Source: Pyrinomonadaceae bacterium
GTDB taxonomy: Bacteria; Acidobacteriota; Blastocatellia; Pyrinomonadales; Pyrinomonadaceae
Direction of reading: 5' to 3'
NCBI GenBank assembly: GCA_036401595.1
Contig: DASWUM010000020.1
Span: 4,784 to 68,783 of the forward strand
DNA length: 64,000 nt
A program made the position numbers and the translations under genes. Each line of letters starts with the position of its first letter. Within the stretch, counting starts at the first letter, position 1. The notes beneath the pieces are model-generated. The model worked only from the letters and a program-made list of their open reading frames with translations, was not told the DNA's origin and searched no databases. Positions 51,694 through 60,602 of the stretch are shown in pieces.

Positions 51694-52629
51694 TTACTTT
51701 CGACCGCGTTGTCCATGACACGCTCCATATCTTTTTCCAGAGCCACAGGGGCAACGTTCCTTACGCCGGACGCGAGGAATCCAAGCTGGCGAAGCCGCCT
51801 CCTTCTCACGCACTTTTGCCAGCTTGGTAAAACGACCATATACGGGTCGACCAGGCTGAGCTGCGTTTATGAAATCTGGAACGAAAGCTTCATCGGTCGG
51901 TATAGACGTATTGAACCACAACTCAATCTCTCGAGTTTCGTCATGAGGAATTATTATCCCGCTAACTTGCATTCCTATTGTTTGCCCTTCTCTTTCGGAG
52001 GAAGCCTCTCTTAGTAAACCAGCGGCCATCTCAGCCACAGTCTTCGCCGGCTTTTGATTCTTCAAGGCAGCCTCAATACGAATGGCCCGTCTCTCCCGAA
52101 GTGCCTGCCACGCACCGATCCTTTGAACGCATATTGAGGTTTGCGAAGTGGGGTCGGCCACCTTCCATCGCATAATTCGAAATTCTTTCCACGCCTCAGG
52201 ACTGTCAATTCGGGTTTCGAAGTCCTGAAAGTTGCTAATTAACGCTAATCGACTTATTGGGGGTCGTTCATTTGTGACGCCCGCAATCAATATTGTGAGT
52301 CGTTGTTGCCGTGAGGACATTGGCATGATTGCAGGATGGCTGCCAAAGGTAGTTGCTGCCTCTCGTGCGAGACCGCTCGGAATACCAAGATACGTTGGGT
52401 CACCTGCAGCGGCGCGCACTGCGCTCTTAAGGATCCAATCTCGTGTAACGAAAGTTCGATCTTGTGAATAGGCTAGTCCGGCGTATGCGACTCCGAAACG
52501 ACCATCTCTCGTATGCACCGCCAGAAGCTTGTTGGAATGCTCAGTGACAGGAATTCCCGCCTCAGTTAAACGCTGATCCGCCAAAACAATTGTGTACGAA
52601 GGGCCTTGTATGCTCAGTGCTAGTGTCAT
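51694..52629 (-). CDS. hypothetical protein with proteasome/HslV-like (Ntn-hydrolase) N-terminal pattern and C-terminal SEC-C zinc motif
   Basis: The C-terminal CPCGSGKRYGACHG is a canonical SEC-C motif. The N-terminus MTLALSIQGPSYTIVLADQRLTE...NKLLAV...GVAYAGLAYS...LTILIAGV parallels HslV [21 protein letters not shown]...KKV...AGFAGGTADA (Thr1, Asp17, Lys33 positions). Confidence 0.5.
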   Translation of the reverse strand: MTLALSIQGPSYTIVLADQRLTEAGIPVTEHSNKLLAVHTRDGRFGVAYAGLAYSQDRTFVTRDWILKSAVRAAAGDPTYLGIPSGLAREAATTFGSHPAIMPMSSRQQRLTILIAGVTNERPPISRLALISNFQDFETRIDSPEAWKEFRIMRWKVADPTSQTSICVQRIGAWQALRERRAIRIEAALKNQKPAKTVAEMAAGLLREASSEREGQTIGMQVSGIIIPHDETREIELWFNTSIPTDEAFVPDFINAAQPGRPVYGRFTKLAKVREKEAASPAWIPRVRRKERCPCGSGKRYGACHGQRGRK

Positions 52630-52830
52630 GAATCTCTGTATTAATTCGAAAGCGCCGAACTTTGTGCATCTTGATCTGGATAAGATCGCGAAGTGTTCTT
52701 TAGCAGTTCCTTTTCCTTCCTTATAAACCAGCGGTCACGTTTCGGTAATCCGTCTGTCCATAGCGCTTTTGACTTATCAAACAAACTTTCTCTATTATCC
52801 GCTTCCGAATAAAATCGGCTTTGCGAGGAC

Positions 52831-53170
52831 TCAATGCGGGTCCGCCGGACTTCTGACGACCTTCTCTACTCGGTTCAAGACGTGCTTGTAAATCATCGAC
52901 GTTTCAAAGTGCTTATGTCCTGAATTCGGTTATTGAATATGAGATTCATCAGCGCCTGAGGAACGTTTCGAGAACGATATGCAATTGCTAACACCGGTTC
53001 ACCAGCACTGTCAATAGCACCTCATCACACAACGTCACCACAGAGGGATGGCTGCTTGATCGAACGACACATTCCCAGATCGAAATTATTCAGCTTGCGG
53101 GATCTAGAAGGAACGATTGTGGAGTTCTGATAAATTAGTGCGTCTGTCCCAAACCGACCGCGTCTGATCT
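52831..53170 (-). pseudogene. decayed tyrosine recombinase/integrase (C-terminal catalytic region only, multiple in-frame stops)
   Basis: My reverse-strand translation reads ...GADESHIQ*PNSGHKHFETSMIYKHVLNRVEKVVRSPADPH*. This parallels integrase C-termini (..GADIRTIQELLGH.D..TTMIYTHVL..GG.GV.SP.D). Upstream in the same frame: FRSGNVSFD (compare LRW.DVDFD) and further stops. It lies adjacent to the tRNA. Confidence 0.65.
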
Positions 53171-53332
53171 CAAACAATCAGATTGACATGATAGTTGTCG
53201 CGAAGTCATACCTTCCTCAAAGCTGAAGGAGTTTTTCTTTCTGCTGAGGCTTGAGTGTCCTTGCAATTACTAACACGAGTTGGCAAAAAGAAAAGGCCGC
53301 TGGAGTTAATTCTAGCGACCTTCGTCATATCG

Positions 53333-53409
53333 TGGTAGCGCATACGGGACTCGAACCCGTGGTCTCTGCCTTGAGAGGGCAGCGTGTTAGCCGACTACAC
53401 CAATGCGCC
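53333..53409 (-). tRNA. tRNA-Glu (anticodon CUC), CCA encoded
   Basis: The reverse complement GGCGCAT-TG-GTGT-AGTCGGCTA-ACAC-G-CTGCC-CTCTCAA-GGCAG-AGACC-ACGGG-TTCGAGT-CCCGT-ATGCGCT-A-CCA folds into a 77-nt cloverleaf. The anticodon loop is C-T-CTC-A-A. Confidence 0.9.
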
Positions 53410-53643
53410 GCAGCGGACTGGCATTATAGGTTTGCCGCAGGGCGGTTCGCAAGCTACAGGTGACGCCATCTGCATAATCTGCGGATAACCGTAAATTTGC
53501 TATACTGCACGCGCTTCAAGCTAGCTGATCCCCACGAACGTGACTAATTAGTCGTCTATGCCAAAATCCGGAGTTGTTGGCGGGCACAAAGCGCGAGAAC
53601 TTCACCTCCCCTTTTCTTACTTTTCCTGCAAACGGAGCTTGCT

Positions 53644-54786
53644 ATGAAGATCGTTGTGTTGCGGGAGACACAAGAGGGTGAGGCACGCGTGGCGCTCATG
53701 CCTGAGTCGGTCAAGAAACTCGTCGCGCTCGGTGCTGTGGTCCAGGTCGAGAGCCGCGCAGGACTGAACGCCGCGCGCACCGATGACGAGTATCGCGAAG
53801 CCGGCGCCGAAATAAGTGCTGACCGGGAAGCGTTGCTGGCTGACGCCGACGTTCTTCCGGTTGTAAATCGTCCTACGGCCAACGACTTCGCACGGCTCAA
53901 GAAAGGCGCTGTCGTCATCGGCTTTTTGCGACCACTCGACGAACCCGTCGCGCTTCTGCCCGCAGTCGATCGCGGTATCACGACTTTCTCAGTCGAACTC
54001 ATTCCGCGAATCACGCGCGCACAGGCAATGGACGCGCTCTCGTCAATGGCGACCGTCGCTGGTTACAAAGCCGTGCTGATCGGAGCTACTCACATTCCGC
54101 GCATGTTTCCACTCTTGATGACTGCTGCCGGCACTGTGCCGCCTGCGCGTGTTCTCGTGCTCGGCGCGGGTGTCGCAGGCTTACAGGCGATCGCGACTGC
54201 CCGACGGCTCGGAGCAGTTGTCGAAGGCTACGACGTGCGTGCTGCCGCGGGTGAACAGGTGAAATCGCTGGGCGCCACGTTTCTCGAAGTCGATCTCGGT
54301 GGAATCAAAACTGAAGACGCAGGTGGTTACGCAGTCGAGCTTTCAGACGAGGCGATGAATCGTGGCCGCGCGTTGATTGCCGAGCACGCCAAGAGCGCCG
54401 ATGTCATCGTCACGACCGCACAGGTGCCGGGCCGAAAAGCTCCATTGCTCATCACTGAAGAAGCAGTAAATGGAATGAAGCGCGGCTCGATCGTTATCGA
54501 TCTTGCCGGCGCGACCGGTGGCAACTGCGCGTTCAGCCAGGCAGACGTAGTCGTTGAACGCGATGGCGTAACGATCATGGCGCCCACGAATCTGGCGGCA
54601 ACGGTTCCGGTTCACGCCAGTCAGCTTTACTCGCGCAACCTCACCTCATTCCTGACGCCGCTGATCAAAGATGGACAATTGCAGATCGACATGAAGGACG
54701 ACGTAGTTGGACCATCGTGCGTCACGCACAACGGCGAGGTCGTTAACCAGCGCGTCGCAGCGGCATTGCAGGCTCAACCAGGTTAG
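53644..54786 (+). CDS. pntAA: NAD(P) transhydrogenase subunit alpha part 1
   Basis: MKIVVLRETQEGEARVALMPESVKKL, the NAD-binding VLVLGAGVAGLQAIATARRLGA, and the gene order with pntAB and pntB. Confidence 0.9.
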   Translation: MKIVVLRETQEGEARVALMPESVKKLVALGAVVQVESRAGLNAARTDDEYREAGAEISADREALLADADVLPVVNRPTANDFARLKKGAVVIGFLRPLDEPVALLPAVDRGITTFSVELIPRITRAQAMDALSSMATVAGYKAVLIGATHIPRMFPLLMTAAGTVPPARVLVLGAGVAGLQAIATARRLGAVVEGYDVRAAAGEQVKSLGATFLEVDLGGIKTEDAGGYAVELSDEAMNRGRALIAEHAKSADVIVTTAQVPGRKAPLLITEEAVNGMKRGSIVIDLAGATGGNCAFSQADVVVERDGVTIMAPTNLAATVPVHASQLYSRNLTSFLTPLIKDGQLQIDMKDDVVGPSCVTHNGEVVNQRVAAALQAQPG

Positions 54787-54799
54787 GAGCGAAACTCGG

Positions 54800-55102
54800 A
54801 TGTCATCAGATGCATTAATCTCTGCGCTTTACGTGTTCGCGCTCGCAGCGTTTCTGGGCTACCAGGTGATCTCGCGTGTGCCGCCGCTGCTGCACACGCC
54901 TTTGATGTCGGCGACGAATGCAATCTCGGGTATTTCTCTCGTCGGTTCGATCGTCACGGCCGGTGCGCGCTACAACACAGTCAGCACGATTCTCGGTTTC
55001 ATCGCAGTTGTTTGCTCGACCACAAACGTCGTCGGCGGTTTTGTGATCACAGATCGCATGTTGAAGATGTTCAAGCGGAAAGAGATTGCCAAGAAGGAAT
55101 AG
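54800..55102 (+). CDS. pntAB: NAD(P) transhydrogenase subunit alpha part 2 (membrane)
   Basis: I start the gene at MSSDALISALYVFALAAFLGYQVI (atg at 54800, RBS aggagc). HTPLMSATNAISGI is the conserved motif. Confidence 0.9.
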   Translation: MSSDALISALYVFALAAFLGYQVISRVPPLLHTPLMSATNAISGISLVGSIVTAGARYNTVSTILGFIAVVCSTTNVVGGFVITDRMLKMFKRKEIAKKE

Positions 55103-55117
55103 CCACAGATCTCACGG

Positions 55118-56503
55118 ATGCAAACCTACTTCATCGAACTCAGCTACCTGCTCGCTTCAATCTTCTTCATCCTCGGATTGAAGGGAATGAGCCATCCCGA
55201 AACGGCGAAGCGCGGTATGCACCTCGCCGAGTTTGGCATGTTGATGGCGATCATCGGCACGCTGATGCATCACGAGATCGTCACCTACACGTGGATTCTC
55301 GCCGGTCTCGCAGTAGGTTCTGTTGTCGGACTCGCGATGGGCTTGTGGGTGCCGATGACGGCGATGCCGCAACGAACCGCGCTCTCACACGCGTTCGGCG
55401 CTTTCGCCGCAGCACTCGTCGGTATTTCCGAGTTTTATCGAGTCTATTCGGCGGGCGGCCATCTCGAGAAGATCACGATGGGCGCGCTCGGTTTCGAAGT
55501 GATGCTCGGTGCGCTCACAACTACCGGGAGCCTCCTCGCATTCGCAAAACTTCAGGGACTCGTACGCGGCACGCCGATGACCTACAAGGGCCAGAATGTT
55601 TTCAACATGGTCCTGCTCGCCGTCACGATTGGAATCTTTGTCTATCTCGTCTTCTTCCCGGCTTCGATGCCGCTCTTTTTCACGATGGTAGGTTTCGCAT
55701 TCATCTTCGGACTGTTGCTGGTGATGCCAATCGGATCGGCTGACATGCCGGTCGTTATGTCGCTGCTGAACTCGTACGCCGGTCTCGCTTCGGCAGCAAC
55801 TGGATTCGTCCTTTCAAACAAAGTGCTGATCATCGCGGGCACGCTCGACGGTTTTTCCGGATTCATACTCTCGATCTTGATGTGCCGGGCGATGAATCGC
55901 TCGATGACGAATGTTCTGTTCGGTGCGTTTGGAAGTGTGACCACTGCCGCAGCGGGCGGCGAGCAGCATGGAACGATGCGCGAGGTTGGACTTGAAGACA
56001 TCGCCACGCAACTCGCTTACGCGAACAAAGTCGTCTTCGTGCCGGGTTATGGTCTTGCGACCGCGCAGGCACAACACGCAGTGCGCGAACTCGCAGATGT
56101 GCTCGAGAAACGCGGCGTCACAGTCAAATACGGAATTCATCCGGTCGCAGGGCGAATGCCGGGACACATGAACGTTTTGCTTGCCGAAGCGAACGTCCCT
56201 TATTCGTCGCTGTACGAGCTCGAGCAAATCAATCCTGAATTTCCGAGCACTGATGTTGCAGTCGTGATCGGCGCAAACGACGTCGTCAATCCTGACGCGC
56301 GCGACAATCCCGGCAGCCCGATTGCCGGCATGCCGATTCTTGAAGTTGATCGATCGAAGTCAGTGGTCGTCTTGAAGCGTGGCCAGGGCAAAGGTTTTTC
56401 CGGTCTCGAGAACCCTTTGTTTTTTAAGCCCGTAACAGGCATGCTCTATGGCGATGCGAAAGACACGTTGACTCGACTCGTTCAAGCCGTGCAACACGCA
56501 TAG
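55118..56503 (+). CDS. pntB: NAD(P) transhydrogenase subunit beta
   Basis: Multi-TM N-terminus and C-terminal dIII motifs PGYGLATAQAQH, GIHPVAGRMPGHMNVLLAEA and VIGANDVVNP. Confidence 0.95.
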   Translation: MQTYFIELSYLLASIFFILGLKGMSHPETAKRGMHLAEFGMLMAIIGTLMHHEIVTYTWILAGLAVGSVVGLAMGLWVPMTAMPQRTALSHAFGAFAAALVGISEFYRVYSAGGHLEKITMGALGFEVMLGALTTTGSLLAFAKLQGLVRGTPMTYKGQNVFNMVLLAVTIGIFVYLVFFPASMPLFFTMVGFAFIFGLLLVMPIGSADMPVVMSLLNSYAGLASAATGFVLSNKVLIIAGTLDGFSGFILSILMCRAMNRSMTNVLFGAFGSVTTAAAGGEQHGTMREVGLEDIATQLAYANKVVFVPGYGLATAQAQHAVRELADVLEKRGVTVKYGIHPVAGRMPGHMNVLLAEANVPYSSLYELEQINPEFPSTDVAVVIGANDVVNPDARDNPGSPIAGMPILEVDRSKSVVVLKRGQGKGFSGLENPLFFKPVTGMLYGDAKDTLTRLVQAVQHA

Positions 56504-56527
56504 CCACAAAAGGCACAAGAAACACAA
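56502..56527. repeat. CACAAAA-flavour repeat with AGCCAC cap fused to the pntB TAG stop
   Basis: tAGCCACAAAAggCACAAGAaaCACAA. Confidence 0.7.
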
Positions 56528-56542
56528 TTTTCTGGAGACTGC

Positions 56543-58189
56543 ATGCGAAGATTCTTAACCGCACTTGTATTGGCGAGCGCACTCGTCACTACGCTTCCTG
56601 TAACCCACGCCCAACGCGCTGCTGCTGTTAAATCAAAAAAGATTGGCTCGTCTGTAATCACGCAACGTGGCGTCGACACGATTGCCGCCAATCAAATGAG
56701 AGACTATTTGACCTTCATCGCCTCCGACGAAATGGAGGGACGCGATACGCCGTCTCGCGGACTCGACACTACCGCGAAGTTCCTCGCGATGAATCTCACG
56801 CGTTGGAACTTCAAACCGGCCGGCGACAACGGCACCTTTTTTCAACGCATTGAGCTGAATCGCAATCGAGCCGACAGCGGTCAAACAAAAGTCGAGCTCA
56901 ACGGCAAAGCATTAACGGCGGGAACGGATTTTCTTCCGGGAAGCGGCTCTGGAAATGTTTCGGGACAACTGGTCTTCGCAGGCTCAGGTTGGTTTGTTAA
57001 GTCGAAAGACATTGACGCTTACAAGGGTATCGATCCAAGAGGACGAATTGTGGTGATCGCCGGAGTTCCAAACATGCCCCCCCGCGGCGTAGCGCGTGCC
57101 GACTATGGCAAGTACGGCGAAGAATCGATGAACCCGAGTGATTACGCGCGCAGCAAGGGTGTTGTCGGATTGATTTACATAGCTGATTCTCAATACGTCA
57201 CAAACTGGCAACGCAATCGTGCGCGCATGGAGCGCGGCTCGACAGTCGTCGCGAGGTTTCAAACGCAGTCCACCACGCCCGTTTTGCCGTCAATCGTGAT
57301 CACTCCCGAGACTGCAACGGCACTCTTCGCTGGCGAAGCACAAACACTTTCTGAATCGACACAACCGTTCCTGTTGAGCGAGCAGAAGAAAGTCAGCATG
57401 AACATTGCCAACAGCAATCAGATCATTCCCACGCAGAACGTCGTCGCTGTTTGGGAAGGCAGCGATCCGACTCTGAAGGCTGAATACGTCGCGCTGGGCG
57501 CACATTACGATCACGTTGGCAGCGGCTGTCCGCCGTCCGGCACCGACACAATTTGCAATGGCGCGGATGACGACGGTTCGGGTACGACTGCTCTGCTCGC
57601 GATGGCCGAGGCACTCTCCAAGGCGCCGGCGCGTCCGAAACGTTCGGTGTTGTTTGTCTGGCATTGCGGCGAAGAAAAAGGCTTGTGGGGCTCGCGCTAC
57701 TTCACCGAGTATCCGACTGTGCCACTCAATCAGATCGTGGCGCAAATCAATATCGATATGATCGGACGAAGCAAGAAGGAAGGCGACACAAACTCGCGCA
57801 ACTCTGAGCTAACCGGACCGGATGCGGTTTACCTGATTGGCTCAACGATGATGAGCACCGAGCTTGGTGAGCTTGTCAATAACGTCAACAAGTCGTACCT
57901 GAATATTACCTTTGATACGAAGTACGACGATCCGAAGGATCCAAACCGGTTCTTCTTCCGAAGCGATCATTACAACTACGCGCGCAAAGGGATTCCGATC
58001 ATCTTCTTCTTTGATGGCGTGCACGAAGACTATCATCGTCCCGGAGACACGGCTGACAAGATCGACTACCAGAAGATGGAGAAGATCACGCGCACGGTTT
58101 ACATGACGTTGTGGGAGATTGGAAACAGGCCGGCGCGATTGAAGGTGGATAAGCCGCTGCCGGCTCAGATAACAGGTAGCACGGATTAA
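56543..58189 (+). CDS. M28 family metallopeptidase (aminopeptidase), exported
   Basis: Signal peptide. LGAHYDHVG, GADDDGSGTTALLAMAEAL, WHCGEEKGLWGS and SDHYNYARKGIP are M28 zinc-site motifs. Confidence 0.85.
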   Translation: MRRFLTALVLASALVTTLPVTHAQRAAAVKSKKIGSSVITQRGVDTIAANQMRDYLTFIASDEMEGRDTPSRGLDTTAKFLAMNLTRWNFKPAGDNGTFFQRIELNRNRADSGQTKVELNGKALTAGTDFLPGSGSGNVSGQLVFAGSGWFVKSKDIDAYKGIDPRGRIVVIAGVPNMPPRGVARADYGKYGEESMNPSDYARSKGVVGLIYIADSQYVTNWQRNRARMERGSTVVARFQTQSTTPVLPSIVITPETATALFAGEAQTLSESTQPFLLSEQKKVSMNIANSNQIIPTQNVVAVWEGSDPTLKAEYVALGAHYDHVGSGCPPSGTDTICNGADDDGSGTTALLAMAEALSKAPARPKRSVLFVWHCGEEKGLWGSRYFTEYPTVPLNQIVAQINIDMIGRSKKEGDTNSRNSELTGPDAVYLIGSTMMSTELGELVNNVNKSYLNITFDTKYDDPKDPNRFFFRSDHYNYARKGIPIIFFFDGVHEDYHRPGDTADKIDYQKMEKITRTVYMTLWEIGNRPARLKVDKPLPAQITGSTD

Positions 58190-58196
58190 CGCGGAT
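58180..58196. repeat. two phased units (CACGGATtaaCGCGGAT) spanning two convergent stop codons
   Basis: gCACGGATTAACGCGGAT contains the TAA of the M28 gene (58187-58189) and the stop of rsmI (58186-58188, minus strand). Confidence 0.6.
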
Positions 58197-59028
58197 TTTT
58201 AAGAACGATTAACTGTCGGTAAGCTTCGGCGCGTGAGAGACCTAACTCACGCGCCGCTTTCTTTAGGGCGGCGCGGTGGTCGAGGCCGTCCTGTTCGTAC
58301 TTGTCGACCAGGGTCGCGATGCTCATTTCCGGCTTACTCGCGACGCCGATCACGTTGCGATCGATCAGCACCACGATTTCTCCGCGAATATCGCTCTTCT
58401 GATCCGCATAATCGGCGGCCAGTTCGCTCAAACGTCCACGCCTGATCTCCTCGTGAAGTTTTGTCAGTTCCCTAGCGACGACGGCTTCTCGTTCGCCTAA
58501 AACTTCGAGTGCATCCTTGAGTGTTGCCGCGAGTCGATGTGGCGCTTCGTAGAAGATCAGTGTACCCGGCACTGATTGCAGCTCACTTAGGCGTGTTCGA
58601 CGTGCGTTCGTCCGCGAGGGAAGAAAGCCCGCGAAGAAAAACTCATCAGTCGGCAGGCCGGCCGCGATCAATGCAGAGATTAGTGCGCTTGGACCAGGCA
58701 CTGGCACCACCGTGATGTCCTTTTCAATCGCCGCTCGAACAAGACGAAAGCCAGGATCGCTGATGGACGGCGTGCCCGCGTCGGAAACAACCGCGATATT
58801 GTTGCCCTGTTGCAACTGCTCGACTAGCTGCGTCGCGCGTTGTTGCTCGTTGTGATCGTGATAGCTGAGCGTTTTGGTTTTGATGCCGTAGTGATTGAGG
58901 AGTTTGTTTGTATGTCGCGTGTCTTCGCAGGCGATCAGATCGACGTCCTTGAGGATCTGCACTGCGCGGTGCGTGATGTCTGCAAGATTGCCGATAGGAG
59001 TCGCGACGAGATACAGGGTTCCAGGCAT
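58186..59028 (-). CDS. rsmI: 16S rRNA (cytidine1402-2'-O)-methyltransferase
   Basis: MPGTLYLVATPIGNLADITHRAVQILKDVDLIACEDTRHT is the hallmark RsmI N-terminus. Length is 280 aa. Confidence 0.9.
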   Translation of the reverse strand: MPGTLYLVATPIGNLADITHRAVQILKDVDLIACEDTRHTNKLLNHYGIKTKTLSYHDHNEQQRATQLVEQLQQGNNIAVVSDAGTPSISDPGFRLVRAAIEKDITVVPVPGPSALISALIAAGLPTDEFFFAGFLPSRTNARRTRLSELQSVPGTLIFYEAPHRLAATLKDALEVLGEREAVVARELTKLHEEIRRGRLSELAADYADQKSDIRGEIVVLIDRNVIGVASKPEMSIATLVDKYEQDGLDHRAALKKAARELGLSRAEAYRQLIVLKNPR

Positions 59029-59119
59029 GGAGACATATTAAGAGATAAAAGGCCCCGGCGTAGAGCCGAGGCCTTTGGCAGGATTGACCAGCAGGTTACA
59101 AGCGGAAGTCAGATGCAGG

Positions 59120-59740
59120 TTAGTACCGAGGGAATGGAATTCGTCTCCACCAATCGTTGTTACGATTGTTGTTGCGATTGTTATCGCGGTCGCGTCGATA
59201 ATCGTCGTTACGTCGATAGTCGTCGTCGCGGCCATAACCGCCGTAGCCAAAGCCATAGACGCTGCTGATGTAGCGCAACTCCTGTTGGATCTGCGACCAC
59301 TCTGACGCGGTGCGGCTGTCGAAGCCACGACGTGAAAAGCGATCGAGGTCGTCAGCTTCCTGCAGCACTCTGCGAGCTTCGTTCGAGCTGCGGTTCAAAT
59401 CGCGACCGTTGCCGACTCGCGATTTCAGATCGCCCACGGCGTTGCGAAACTGGTGGACCTGGTTGTTGATGTCGTCTTCCCGGCGAGAGCCATTGGCGCG
59501 GCTGTGATCGAGCGCACGATCCATGTCGCGCTCGAAATCTTTCGCTAAACGATCGAGACGGTTTACCGAGTCGCGAATTCCGCGATCGTCGTAACGTCCG
59601 TTGTTGCGATCATCGGGGTAGCGATCGGGATACCGATCCTGGGGGTAGCGTCCCCACTGCGCGGCCGCTGCGGCGGGCAGGCAGAGAGCCAGGATTGCCG
59701 CAGCGAACAATGAAAATTTCAGTGTGTGTCGGTTCGTCAT
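59120..59740 (-). CDS. exported, highly charged low-complexity (Arg/Asp/Asn-rich) protein
   Basis: Signal peptide LKFSLFAAAILALCLPAAAAAQ. Ends rich in RYPDRYPDDRNNGRYDDR and GRDDDYRRNDDYRRDRDNNRNNNRNNDWWRR. The central part is helical. Confidence 0.6.
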   Translation of the reverse strand: MTNRHTLKFSLFAAAILALCLPAAAAAQWGRYPQDRYPDRYPDDRNNGRYDDRGIRDSVNRLDRLAKDFERDMDRALDHSRANGSRREDDINNQVHQFRNAVGDLKSRVGNGRDLNRSSNEARRVLQEADDLDRFSRRGFDSRTASEWSQIQQELRYISSVYGFGYGGYGRDDDYRRNDDYRRDRDNNRNNNRNNDWWRRIPFPRY

Positions 59741-59960
59741 TTTCTGTAAATCTCCTCGGTAGTTCCTCGGGCCGACTTCATCGCGTGTGCCCGATGTCGA
59801 TGCCGCGTGCTTGGCAAGTGTCGTGCCTTTTCAGAAATCGCCGTATTTTGAAGAGTAATTGTCGATCTAGCGCGAAAAGGTGCAGCGCGTAACGGAAAAC
59901 GTTGTGAGTTCAACGCCACGGCAGAAGAGAAGGTCGCTAATCGTAACTGGCGATGTGGTA

Positions 59961-59993
59961 CGTACTGTAGGGGCGGCCCTCCGTGGCCGCCCC
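59961..59993. repeat. solo copy of the GC-hairpin element arm seen at 2645-2676
   Basis: cgtactgtaggggcggccctccgtggccgcccc is identical over 32 nt to arm 1 of the 2642-2775 element. It forms a 9-bp GC stem, GGGGCGGCC/GGCCGCCCC. It lies 18 nt downstream of the stop of the gene at 60011-60535. Confidence 0.9.
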
Positions 59994-60010
59994 TGCGTCG
60001 AACTCTTTCT

Positions 60011-60535
60011 TTAATGCTTGTTGTGTTGGTCGAGGAGGATCGTGAGGTGCCGTCGCATGTCGGCTTCGTGGAGGGTGTGTTTGTGCCCTGCGAACCTCCA
60101 CGCCGGCACACCATTGGTGGATTTGACTAACAACAACTCATCACCCGCATTCTTGATCCCGAGATGACGAATGCTCGCACACGCGAGACCGCCGCCACGC
60201 ACCACCCCATCACTCGGCGTCCGCGGCCATCCGGCTTCAACATACAACGTGCGAATACCGTATGTGAGCGTGAGCTGGTGCCCGACCATCGTCGAATTTC
60301 CGGTGCGAAACCGGTGCCCCGGCTGAGTCGAAATCTGAATACTGGCGCCGCCGCGATTCGCATCTCCAGCCAGCGTCGTGAACTCGCCAATCAGCCAATC
60401 AACTCCAGCCTTCCGCAGCAGGTCGTTCGAATTTCGCAGCGACAAATAGTCGGCGATATCGCGGCGGCCGGCCTGGCGCGCCTGCCGCTCCGCCTCCATC
60501 AATGCCAACGCCCATGCTTCATCAAGTTCGCTCAT
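60011..60535 (-). CDS. hypothetical protein
   Basis: 174-aa ORF with a clean frame. No signal peptide and no recognised family. Confidence 0.5.
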   Translation of the reverse strand: MSELDEAWALALMEAERQARQAGRRDIADYLSLRNSNDLLRKAGVDWLIGEFTTLAGDANRGGASIQISTQPGHRFRTGNSTMVGHQLTLTYGIRTLYVEAGWPRTPSDGVVRGGGLACASIRHLGIKNAGDELLLVKSTNGVPAWRFAGHKHTLHEADMRRHLTILLDQHNKH

Positions 60536-60602
60536 ATTTGCTCGGCGATGGTATCATGAGCGCCGAATTGTCCCCCCACATCCCAGATACGGAACCATCG
60601 GA

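Larger units (their letters stand above)
50460..53350. mobile_element. degenerate 2.9-kb integrative islet in the 3' end of tRNA-Glu
   Basis: It is bounded by the exact 18-bp tRNA-3'-end direct repeat. An integrase remnant lies next to the tRNA. The 52.6-53.3 kb stretch is AT-rich (about 38% GC in the 60-nt line I counted). Two cargo genes. Confidence 0.7.

Noticed and set aside
53251-53463. 70-aa plus-strand ORF overlapping the tRNA.
   Set aside because: It is the antisense read-through of tRNA-Glu and its flanks. The cloverleaf explains the sequence.
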